Positions 1 through 8,321 of a stretch of DNA of 56,285 bases are shown one piece after another. Where the stretch lies: positions 1 through 56,285 of IMG/VR virus record IMGVR_UViG_3300010151_000015; one strand, 5' to 3'. A program made the position numbers and the translations under genes. The notes beneath the pieces are model-generated. The model saw nothing but the letters and a program-made list of their open reading frames with translations, ran no database searches and was not told where the DNA came from. How positions within the stretch are numbered: position 1 is the stretch's first letter; each line of letters opens with the position of its first letter. Source of the stretch: a virus (taxonomy: Duplodnaviria; Caudoviricetes).

Positions 1-741
1 GCTGATCGTGCCGTCCAGAACGATAGCTGATCCGGCTACGGGTGTCAGTGCGAGGTTGCCCACGGTGGTCACAATAGCGTCACCGTTGGTGATCTCCAGA
101 TTCGTGCCGCCTGTGGTGTTGCCTACGGCCAAGATCTCGGCCAAGGTATCGGCAGCGCCTAGTTGGGCCGCAACGTAAGTTACAACAGCAGACTCGGTAA
201 CGAGCGCCGTTGCGCTGTTTCCGCCCATGGTCCCGTCGGTGGAGAATTCCGTAACCGTTGCTCCAGCAGCAGTGGCTATGCTGGTAGATCCAGTTAACAC
301 GCCGCCGGTCAGTGCGCCAGTGGTCGTTACCGCATTGGCCTGGAAATCCCACAGAGATCCCGAATCATCATAGAGAAGCTGTAGGGTGGCCGAGCCGTAG
401 AACTCTACATCATCAGCAGCGGTCTCGGTATCACCGTGCAGGCGGATCGATGCGCCAAGGATGTTGGTCGTACCTGCCGTGATGTACAGTATGCCGTCAG
501 TATCAGCGCCACGGATCTCCGGATTCGCGTTACTGAAGTCAAGGTCACCGATCAGGGTTAGCTGGGATACCGCCTCTAGGGCTGTACCGCCAGAGTTAAC
601 CGCCACCAAGTTGCTGGAAGTCAGGGCTGGGAGCTGATCTAAAGCTGTCTCGATCAGCCCAAATTCTGTTCTCATTAGCTGGGAAGACCCAGATGAGCTT
701 GTTATCGGAGTCCCGCTGGGGACGTACCATGGAGCTGTCAT
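1..741 (-). CDS. Tail fibre/tailspike-like virion protein, N-terminal part (runs off the left edge)
   Basis: Not in the ORF track. ATG at 741 with GAGG RBS; the frame is open to position 1 (MTAPWYVPSGTPITSSSGSSQLMRTEFGLIETALDQLP...). G/T/A-rich, and lies directly after the tail tubular gene. Confidence 0.7.
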   Translation of the reverse strand, partial: MTAPWYVPSGTPITSSSGSSQLMRTEFGLIETALDQLPALTSSNLVAVNSGGTALEAVSQLTLIGDLDFSNANPEIRGADTDGILYITAGTTNILGASIRLHGDTETAADDVEFYGSATLQLLYDDSGSLWDFQANAVTTTGALTGGVLTGSTSIATAAGATVTEFSTDGTMGGNSATALVTESAVVTYVAAQLGAADTLAEILAVGNTTGGTNLEITNGDAIVTTVGNLALTPVAGSAIVLDGTIS

Positions 742-751
742 TGGGTATACC

Positions 752-2854
752 TCATGATCGTTTCTGCCTGCCTGTTGGATAGAACCGGAAGAACACGCCC
801 GAATAATCAACTGGCTTCATATAGTCTGAGCTTTTGCTCACCGTTAGAGAAATGTTTTCGCTAGATCCTGCTAGTCTTACCGTCACCGGACTAAGGTCTG
901 TCTGGTCCCAGGTGAAGGAGTCCCACACAAATTCATCCCAGCTAGATCCGCCAGTTACGGTACTGTCTACCGTTACCGACTGGGGCTGGACTGTGGAGGC
1001 AGAGCCATAGTCTAGGGAGTATGAATAGCTGAACTGGGCATATCCTTCTCCTTGGGCCTCCCAAGTAGCCGTCATCCATCGCTTCTTCATCCGCAAGGAG
1101 TTGGCGTGGTAGAAGTGGGTGACGTAAAACGCATCTATGTCCGAGCCGTCAAAGGATGTCCCCTTGTCCATCTGGTAAACGAATCCATTATCACTACCGA
1201 AATACATAGCCTCGTCACCGCTGTTGGTCTCTACAGAGCATGAGCAGATGACCTCGTCGTCAAACGAGATTGGCATTACCCCCACCGGCTTATTGTTCAG
1301 AATGGTGATGTACAGGCCGGTCTTATCGCTGAAGAAGATCCGGTACTGGTTCTTGTTTCTGGAGATCACAGAGGCCGTGATCAACAGCTTCTTGGCATTG
1401 ACCGTATCCCTGATCTGGTCCGTTATGGTGGCATCTCGGAAGTTACCGAAAGACTGGGTCGTTTTAATCGTGGTAACGCCGTACTCACCCATGAAGTATG
1501 TCTGGCCCATGACCTGGGCAGAGTCTTTATATCCGCCGATCTCATCCCTGTACTGGACAAGGTTCCAGTCCAATGAGCTGTTTCCGTAGAGCATGTAGGC
1601 AACATTGTCGTTCAGGATCAACAGGGTAGCGTTACCTTCTGACCCAGGCTGGATGGCAAAATTACTTACTAGGTCTGAAGTCGCTATCTCTGCAGCCCCC
1701 ATGACCGGCTCAAAATTGTACGGATCTCCTATCGCTGAGTGCTGTACAGAATGATTGAACGAGTAGAAGAGGTGATCCTTATGCTCTGTCACATGGTTCG
1801 GCGCATCGCTAAATCCGGACTGGTTGCCCATCCCAGTGTCGATAGGGCAGAACACCGTGCCGTCAAACTCGAATCCTCTATTAACCCCATCAACCCCGTA
1901 CATCCGATACCCGCTACCGAAGTTGGAGTTCACAAACTCATAGTCTCCAGAAGGGCTTAACGTGATGGCCGAGCTGTCTCCAGCGATAGTAGCCAGATCC
2001 CCGCCACCAGATACCTCTATCCCTTCTGACTGGAATGTTCCTGTTTGACTGGCAAAGATAAGTCTCCCTGCCGCGTCACCACCAGCCCACGATCCTGATT
2101 CAACCATTACCCTGGTGATCGTCGCAGTAGCTCCTCCAGTTAGACCGGTAATAACATCTGATTCTGCAATCGCCGTAGATCCGGAGGTGAAAGATAGCTC
2201 TTTGCCCAGAGCAACGGCAGCCCAGCCAGATGCAGTTGATTTGTATATCGCGGCAGTAGCGCCGCCAACAGCATTCCTGAATGCGTATACGATGTCGTTG
2301 AACACCCACACGCCGAGCATGTCTCCGGTTCCAGGGACCACCGTGATGTCTGACCTGTACACATCCGCCGCTAGGTTTTTGTACTGGGCCTGTAGGTTTT
2401 GCGTCGAAGCGCCATTGGGGATGCCAACAGCGTCCGTATTCCCCTGGATAACAGCGGAGACTGTAAGGTTCTCTGAAGCATTGCTGAATGTGCCTGTGGT
2501 CTTCGTCAGGATGAGATAGTCCTGCGCCCCACTCGTTACCACCCCTCCCGCCACAATCACGCCTGTAGCGCCTGTGTCGGCTCCTGTGACCGTGTCTCCA
2601 CCATTGAAGGAACCTGTGATTGTTACATCTAAAAGTATGTATGTGGCCGCTGATGGGGCAGTCTGGCCGTCAAACCGCTCATATCCCTCAATATCAACAT
2701 AGCCGCCGTCTAGGCCTATCTCGAAATTAGAGGCACTCTGCAGTGACCCAGGCTTGGCCTTCCATTTCGGAGTAACCTCATCAACACCTTTCTCAAAATC
2801 AAGGTAATCTCTTCGGACGGCAGGCAGTGGGGGGAGTTTGAATAATGCATTCAT
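752..2854 (-). CDS. Tail tubular protein B / P22 gp10-like head-stabilisation (nozzle) protein
   Basis: 700 aa, beta-rich; propeller-like segments (HKDHLFYS, YFGSDNGFVYQMDKG, C-terminal WDEFVWDSFTWD); position after the adaptor gene. Confidence 0.7.
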   Translation of the reverse strand: MNALFKLPPLPAVRRDYLDFEKGVDEVTPKWKAKPGSLQSASNFEIGLDGGYVDIEGYERFDGQTAPSAATYILLDVTITGSFNGGDTVTGADTGATGVIVAGGVVTSGAQDYLILTKTTGTFSNASENLTVSAVIQGNTDAVGIPNGASTQNLQAQYKNLAADVYRSDITVVPGTGDMLGVWVFNDIVYAFRNAVGGATAAIYKSTASGWAAVALGKELSFTSGSTAIAESDVITGLTGGATATITRVMVESGSWAGGDAAGRLIFASQTGTFQSEGIEVSGGGDLATIAGDSSAITLSPSGDYEFVNSNFGSGYRMYGVDGVNRGFEFDGTVFCPIDTGMGNQSGFSDAPNHVTEHKDHLFYSFNHSVQHSAIGDPYNFEPVMGAAEIATSDLVSNFAIQPGSEGNATLLILNDNVAYMLYGNSSLDWNLVQYRDEIGGYKDSAQVMGQTYFMGEYGVTTIKTTQSFGNFRDATITDQIRDTVNAKKLLITASVISRNKNQYRIFFSDKTGLYITILNNKPVGVMPISFDDEVICSCSVETNSGDEAMYFGSDNGFVYQMDKGTSFDGSDIDAFYVTHFYHANSLRMKKRWMTATWEAQGEGYAQFSYSYSLDYGSASTVQPQSVTVDSTVTGGSSWDEFVWDSFTWDQTDLSPVTVRLAGSSENISLTVSKSSDYMKPVDYSGVFFRFYPTGRQKRS

Positions 2855-3585
2855 GCCATCGGGCCTCTGACCCGCATAGGCTGAAGCTGATCTCCCTCTA
2901 GCTGACGCATTAGCCTAGAGCCTTCTACCCTGGCTCTGTTCAATGTCGCTTGATCTGACTCGAAATAGGCGTACTTCTCTAAAGCCTTATAGACAATGAG
3001 CTGATGGTACTGGACCGGCAAGACCGGAGTATCACTATTCGCCGCTAATACCTGCGCCCCGCCCTGGAACAGACCTGTGATCGTATACACAGCATCTGGC
3101 GCTGGGCCGATCACTAGATTGTTCTGAGGGTCCACCGAGACATGAGAGGGATAGCCGTCAGACTGAGTACCGATCTCGTAGATGTTCCGGAACCATTCCC
3201 ATGGCACATAGATCATCCAGTTCTCTGTACCAACACCGCCTGATGTCAGATATATCTTGGGCGGATCTATGCGGTCATTAACATCCCAGCTGTTAAAGGT
3301 CGTGAGAGCAGATCCTGCACCTTCGTTACCACCAGTAATATCAGTGACAGCCGCATCATCCCAGGCGTACCTGTAAGTAGATGCGACAGTGGCTATCTCA
3401 AACTCGTTCCTTAACCATCTCCAAGCGTAGCCGTGCCTATTCTGGATCTCGACATAAGCATTCGTTATCCATGTCACCATCCGCTGTAATTCGCCGGCCT
3501 GACCGGTTACCGCCGTAGGGACCGTGCCCCCGCCAGGGAGATCCGCCTCCAAACATAAGGCCTGACATAGTTCCAAATAAGTCAT
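2851..3585 (-). CDS. Tail tubular protein A / head-tail adaptor
   Basis: 244 aa with N-terminal MTYLELCQ and C-terminal P-x-LP-x-QYHQLIVYKAL, as in podovirus adaptors; coupled to the downstream gene. Confidence 0.7.
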   Translation of the reverse strand: MTYLELCQALCLEADLPGGGTVPTAVTGQAGELQRMVTWITNAYVEIQNRHGYAWRWLRNEFEIATVASTYRYAWDDAAVTDITGGNEGAGSALTTFNSWDVNDRIDPPKIYLTSGGVGTENWMIYVPWEWFRNIYEIGTQSDGYPSHVSVDPQNNLVIGPAPDAVYTITGLFQGGAQVLAANSDTPVLPVQYHQLIVYKALEKYAYFESDQATLNRARVEGSRLMRQLEGDQLQPMRVRGPMA

Positions 3586-3598
3586 GCATCTCCTTTAC

Positions 3599-4195
3599 TT
3601 AGGACGGCGCTGCAAGACACTCGGCCAGCCACGCCTTCCCTCTGGGGTTACGGTCCTCGACTACCTCAAACGGATAGCGCAGGCCCCTGTGAGCAACATA
3701 GCGCACAGATCTGGCCCCATCTCCGTCAGTGAACGGCTGGTTCTCATAATGAACCGGCTTCGCCCGAGTCAGCGCCTCAACGAAATATCTCGCCACTGTC
3801 TTGAGCTGGCCACGGATAAAGGTCTCTTTCTGACCATTGACCGAGACAATAAAGGCCCGATCAGCCTGCTTCTCAGCAGTGTCATGGACCCTGATAACCA
3901 CCGGCTCGTGATTGAACTCCTCCAGCTTCGCCTTGTCAGCAAATGCCTGGGAGTCAATGTCCGGCAAGTTTTCAGTAATCAGCTCCGGAGTATCCTCAGT
4001 ACCACCGATTGTCATCAGGGTTGTCTGATTCGGAACCTCGGCCTCTGTCGTCTTCGTCATGACAGCTGGCCGATCCTTTGCATCCATACCCGTTAACTTC
4101 TCGAGAATCGCGGCCATGTTGGCATCGGTCTTCTCGATATGGTCATTGAGCGTTTTGTTAAGCTCGAAAGTCGTTGGACTCTTAGACTTAGTCAT
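3599..4195 (-). CDS. Hypothetical protein of the morphogenesis module
   Basis: 198-aa ORF with a strong RBS (AGGAAGG/GGAG), between capsid-decoration and adaptor genes. Confidence 0.6.
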   Translation of the reverse strand: MTKSKSPTTFELNKTLNDHIEKTDANMAAILEKLTGMDAKDRPAVMTKTTEAEVPNQTTLMTIGGTEDTPELITENLPDIDSQAFADKAKLEEFNHEPVVIRVHDTAEKQADRAFIVSVNGQKETFIRGQLKTVARYFVEALTRAKPVHYENQPFTDGDGARSVRYVAHRGLRYPFEVVEDRNPRGKAWLAECLAAPS

Positions 4196-4219
4196 CTTCT
4201 ACCTTCCTCTCCTTCGTTT

Positions 4220-4240
4220 AAAAAAGCCCCCGAAGGGGCT
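4220..4240 (-). terminator. Rho-independent terminator
   Basis: On the - strand AGCCCC-TTCG-GGGGCT followed by a T run, just after the stop of 4246..5109. Confidence 0.8.
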
Positions 4241-4245
4241 AATGG

Positions 4246-5109
4246 CTACGCATTACTTGACGGACGCGCCCCTGAGAACCTGATGTAGTCAGTGGTCACA
4301 ACCGTAGCAATATCAGCATCATCGCCGCTATCGCCCCAGACATAAGGGATCAGCAATGAGGTCGTTGCAACCGCAGTCAGCCGCGTCAGTCTCAATACGC
4401 CGTTGATGTAGAACCTAGCATCACCATTCGCATCAACCTCAATCCGCAATATGTCATAGGTGTTTGCTGTCGGCCCAACAACCAGTGTTTCCTCTGCGGC
4501 GGAATTGCCCACAGTGCCAGCATTCGTGGATACCGCCTGAAACAACGTAGTCGCTGTCGCGTCAGTGGAGAACATAATGGCGATACCGTTAGTGACCCCT
4601 GCGTCATCAGTAACCGTACCAGAGTTCACCTTATAGTTGGCAACCTCTGTGGAGTTTGGTAACACATCACCAAGGCCAAAGCCCCAGCTAGTACCTGTTA
4701 TCTGGTCAAACGACACACGATATTCAACAATCGTCTTGCCGAGACTGACCAGTGAACCTTTCGCCAGCAGGATAAGGCCCAGCACAGACTTGTCATCTGC
4801 GCCACCAGTTCCGCCAGATCCCATGTTGATCGCACCTTCTGGCGCGGTGATCGTCACGCCGACTGTCGCGTCACCATCTGATCCCTCAAACACGATCCAG
4901 TTGTTCGTGGTGTCAATAGCAGCATCAAGGAAGTCATCGAAGACCTCGAAGCGGGTCTCCTGTCTGGTCTCCCTCTGGTCTGACTCTAGGGTCGTTAAGG
5001 CGATGGTTGACTCTGTCCCATCAGCGTTGTCTGTCTTGATCGCTGAGTTCTTACCCAGACGAAGCGTATTAGCAATCTTTAAGTTCCGTACCTTTTCCCA
5101 TAATCTCAT
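4246..5109 (-). CDS. Putative virion structural protein (beta-sandwich/lectin-like capsid-associated protein)
   Basis: 287 aa, T/G/A/D-rich, with a concanavalin-like C-terminus (LRIEVDANGDARFYING); located downstream of the capsid genes. Confidence 0.55.
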   Translation of the reverse strand: MRLWEKVRNLKIANTLRLGKNSAIKTDNADGTESTIALTTLESDQRETRQETRFEVFDDFLDAAIDTTNNWIVFEGSDGDATVGVTITAPEGAINMGSGGTGGADDKSVLGLILLAKGSLVSLGKTIVEYRVSFDQITGTSWGFGLGDVLPNSTEVANYKVNSGTVTDDAGVTNGIAIMFSTDATATTLFQAVSTNAGTVGNSAAEETLVVGPTANTYDILRIEVDANGDARFYINGVLRLTRLTAVATTSLLIPYVWGDSGDDADIATVVTTDYIRFSGARPSSNA

Positions 5110-5184
5110 TGTTAGTTTCCTGTGTTAGTGCGAGATTCTTGGAAGAGGGGACCGAAGCCCCCTCAACTCAAGGGTTCTTCTTGC

Positions 5185-5655
5185 TTACGATTCCTGCGGA
5201 CGTAATGGCAGGGTGGAAATATCCACCATAGTCTCGTAAGTACTCCATGTCGTGGACCCGAAATCGAAGTCCGATCCGGAGTTGTTCTTGATGATGATGT
5301 ATCCAAATGGCAGATACGTCTCAAGGTCAACCCACGGGAAGGATGGCGCGATTTTGAATGCACCAGCAGCATCCAGAGACTGGAGCGCACCTTGATGGAA
5401 CGCGATGGTTCCAGCAGCGATGATACTCGCCACAAAGACACAACCTTTGTCATCACCAATAGTGGTGAAGGTATCGCCATTGTAGTCAGTCGTGCCTGGG
5501 GCAGTGTTGGTCTGAACGGCATACGCCGTAGCCATCTTGCCAGCAATAGCGCCTGCTACTGCTACAGTCGTGGTGATCGTGGAAGTCGTTCCGGCGGTAA
5601 GGCCAGCTTTTGAGAAGCACATTGTGGCTCCTCTTATATCGTTTGCTTGCGGCAT
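5185..5655 (-). CDS. Putative capsid decoration/cement protein
   Basis: 156 aa, A/T/G-rich, immediately downstream of the MCP, with an AGGAG RBS. Confidence 0.55.
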   Translation of the reverse strand: MPQANDIRGATMCFSKAGLTAGTTSTITTTVAVAGAIAGKMATAYAVQTNTAPGTTDYNGDTFTTIGDDKGCVFVASIIAAGTIAFHQGALQSLDAAGAFKIAPSFPWVDLETYLPFGYIIIKNNSGSDFDFGSTTWSTYETMVDISTLPLRPQES

Positions 5656-5711
5656 AAATTTCTCCTGTTTAGAGTTAGGCCGTAGTCACCCTGTTTGGGC
5701 AGCTTTCACCC

Positions 5712-5736
5712 AAAAGCCCCGCACTGGGCGAGGCTT
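5712..5736 (-). terminator. Rho-independent terminator after the major capsid gene
   Basis: - strand AAGCCTCGC-CCAGT-GCGGGGCTTTT. Confidence 0.65.
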
Positions 5737-5757
5737 AGGGTCACTCTAAGTCGTTGA

Positions 5758-6798
5758 TTAAAGAGAAGTGACTCCACACTCTGCTACAGCCATCCATCCA
5801 TCGTTCTGGATAAATGGAGCGCACCAGAAGATCGCGCCGACATAGCCGCGCTGACCGTGTGGGTCATTCTTATCTTTGGTGGTGTGTGGGATGTGAGTCA
5901 CATTGAAGGAGTTGAGGCCCCGTAGAGCAACGTCTCCCCAGGCATCTTCAGCCACCACGATCATCGGGTATACGTCGATGCTCGTTCCAGTGGTAGACAG
6001 AAGTCCGGTAGAGCCTACAGCCGCTCCGGAGTCTGCGATCTCTGACAATTCAGGAGATATGATGAACCTGTATCGATCACAGGCCCCAAGCTCCATCTCG
6101 TGCATTACCTTGCGAGTACCATACGAAGCGCACTCAATGAACCCTGGCAACTCACGAATGTCATTCTCACAGTCAGTGTGACAGAACACCAAGAACCCTG
6201 CTTCTACAGAGGCGGTGTTGTAGTTTGGTGACGGCGTGAGGATCTGGGTGATCAGATCTGCCCTGTTGCTCAATAGGCTTCGGGAGATCTTTCTCAGCAA
6301 GCCAAGAGATACTGTCTCATCAACCGTGCCCCTGGTAGTGCCGCCAGCGTAGAACAGATTCGTTCCACCCTTCAGCGTGCCATACCGGATCTTCTCACGG
6401 ACTAAGCCCATTCTCTGGCCAGTCTGCTTCTTCATAGCCGCCGGAACATCGTCCTCGTACAGGTCTGCGGTCTTATCCGTATACATGTACAGGCAGCTGT
6501 ACTGATTCAGAGTGACCGTGATGTCCTGGGGAGTGATCGTATCGGCATCAGGTGTTACGCCCTCTGATGTCAGATGCGCGTTCTCATCTACTACCCAGGC
6601 GTTGATGGTGGCCGCGCTAGTAGTAGCGCCTCCATACGGAAGCCAGCGTCTGAAGACTACCGTCTCCGACTGGTTCTTGCCCATCTTGTGTTGTGTACCG
6701 GTGATTCCCAGTACTTCTCGGGGGATTGCATGCTTGAGGATTGAACCCTTTAGCTTGCCTACCCGTTCTGCTGTTGTGTCGTAATTCTGTGTCGTCAT
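5758..6798 (-). CDS. Major capsid protein (N4-gp56-like family, HK97 fold)
   Basis: 346 aa with EGVTPDADTIT..DITVTLNQY, ELG...YRFI and KNDPHGQRGYVG motifs typical of N4-gp56-type MCPs; follows the scaffold gene. Confidence 0.9.
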   Translation of the reverse strand: MTTQNYDTTAERVGKLKGSILKHAIPREVLGITGTQHKMGKNQSETVVFRRWLPYGGATTSAATINAWVVDENAHLTSEGVTPDADTITPQDITVTLNQYSCLYMYTDKTADLYEDDVPAAMKKQTGQRMGLVREKIRYGTLKGGTNLFYAGGTTRGTVDETVSLGLLRKISRSLLSNRADLITQILTPSPNYNTASVEAGFLVFCHTDCENDIRELPGFIECASYGTRKVMHEMELGACDRYRFIISPELSEIADSGAAVGSTGLLSTTGTSIDVYPMIVVAEDAWGDVALRGLNSFNVTHIPHTTKDKNDPHGQRGYVGAIFWCAPFIQNDGWMAVAECGVTSL

Positions 6799-6885
6799 GA
6801 CATTTCCTCGTTATAAAGATAAATACACCTCCCTTGTGGGGGTGCAGCTCGTTCCTCTTCTTTATAACGAAGGCACTTATGTCAT
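6797..6885 (-). promoter_or_regulatory. Long inverted repeat in the MCP 5' leader that sequesters the SD and start codon
   Basis: TCGTTATAAAGA (6808-6819) / TCTTTATAACGA (6859-6870) form a perfect 12-bp inverted repeat, flanked by ATGACAT (6797-6803) / ATGTCAT (6879-6885). Confidence 0.65.
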
Positions 6886-6926
6886 TCGTTCCGATCTGTC
6901 GGGGCGTTTACACGCGCCGTAACATT

Positions 6927-7844
6927 CTAGCCTTCCTTATAGCCTTGCTCGAATGCATCTTCCTCTGACTTAGTTGCAGGCCGTCTGTCATTGCCGCCAC
7001 CACTCGTGATGGGAACTACAGAACCTTCCAACCTCTCCTTAGCCAGTCTTGATCTTTCCTTCCGCTTTTCAGCTTTCTCTTGCGCTGCCGTCCGATCAGC
7101 CTCGAACTTATCTAGCATGGTGACAGCATCCCGCGCTTTAGGGCTATCTGCCAGCGCCTGCATATCAGGCGATTGTATCGCACTCCACTTGCGGAAGGCC
7201 GGTGTCTTTACCGTATCTTCCCAACCATCGTGCTTTAGATCCAATACAGCCATCTGTCTACCCTGCTCGGTGAGATCAGCCATCTCTCCTTTCAGGCCAG
7301 CAACCTGCTGCTGTAATTTGTCAACATTGGGTATCTTAGCCAATATTGCGTTGCCTTGCATCCCTAACTGTTCCTGAAGGACATCTGCCCACTCTGGGAA
7401 CTCTTCCTTAAACTCGTCAAACTTCTCGCCACCAGTCGCTGCTTCCATCACCTGTGCAGACGATGGTTGCCCCGATTCAGCCTTCGGGCTGGAGTCTAGC
7501 TTCTTGATCAGCTGGTTGAGCTTGCCGTTGATATCGCCGTACTGGCCCTCAAGGGTTCTGATACGTTGCCCTGATTGATCCACTGCCTGGGGTTCATCGG
7601 ACTTATCGTCGGCCTCACCCGCTGCAGCTTCGCCATCTTCCGCGAATACCTTGTCTAACTCATCTAGCTCTTCTTCTTCCTGGCCAGACTCTTCAATTAA
7701 GATTGTCGGCCTTGTTTCGTCTGCTGATGCTTCCTCATGTCCCTCAAGGAATGCCGCTTCTTCAGCCTCGGCATTTGCAGCGGCCTCTTCTAGCTCTTGT
7801 TCTTCCTGCTCTTCCGGCATGTTATCTCTTCTAAATGTATTCAA
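6927..7844 (-). CDS. Capsid scaffolding protein (start may be 7820)
   Basis: Very acidic N-terminus, helical/coiled-coil body; lies between portal-downstream ORFs and the MCP. Confidence 0.7.
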   Translation of the reverse strand: MNTFRRDNMPEEQEEQELEEAAANAEAEEAAFLEGHEEASADETRPTILIEESGQEEEELDELDKVFAEDGEAAAGEADDKSDEPQAVDQSGQRIRTLEGQYGDINGKLNQLIKKLDSSPKAESGQPSSAQVMEAATGGEKFDEFKEEFPEWADVLQEQLGMQGNAILAKIPNVDKLQQQVAGLKGEMADLTEQGRQMAVLDLKHDGWEDTVKTPAFRKWSAIQSPDMQALADSPKARDAVTMLDKFEADRTAAQEKAEKRKERSRLAKERLEGSVVPITSGGGNDRRPATKSEEDAFEQGYKEG

Positions 7845-8106
7845 CCCTGGTCAGTGTAGACTCAGGAATAACCAATGGTTCCTCATTGGCCTTCCTTAAA
7901 AACCGCTTCCATTCGTTGATCGCCCCGACTCGCTGGGCGTTCTCTATATCCGTTAATTTCGGATTATCGCCCTGAACACGCAGTTTGGCAACACGTTCTT
8001 CCGCGTAGCCGGTAATTTTCTTGTATGTCGCTGATCGATATTCTTCATCATCCAGCTCCAGTATGCTCGAACTGAGCAGCTCATCATCTAACTTTTCGGT
8101 CTTCAA
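7831..8106 (-). CDS. Hypothetical protein (small portal-downstream protein)
   Basis: 91 aa, overlaps its neighbours in the operon. Confidence 0.6.
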   Translation of the reverse strand: MKTEKLDDELLSSSILELDDEEYRSATYKKITGYAEERVAKLRVQGDNPKLTDIENAQRVGAINEWKRFLRKANEEPLVIPESTLTRVEYI

Positions 8107-8321
8107 TGGCGTGTTATCTCCGCTCTGTAGTGGAAATCGTCCCCAGGTGGCTGCGCTGTCTCGCCTGTCGTGATGCGGCCCATCGTCTCTGGATCGTCCT
8201 TGAGCATGGCTGGGACATCATCTGGGTGTACTAGGCTCCAGTCTTTAGCCTCGGCCTGCGGATCTAGTGATCTGTAGACCACCATCATGTCCGTCCTCAC
8301 TCTTGCTTTCCTCTCCATCAT
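8103..8321 (-). CDS. Hypothetical protein
   Basis: 72 aa, 4-bp overlaps with both neighbours. Confidence 0.55.
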   Translation of the reverse strand: MMERKARVRTDMMVVYRSLDPQAEAKDWSLVHPDDVPAMLKDDPETMGRITTGETAQPPGDDFHYRAEITRH

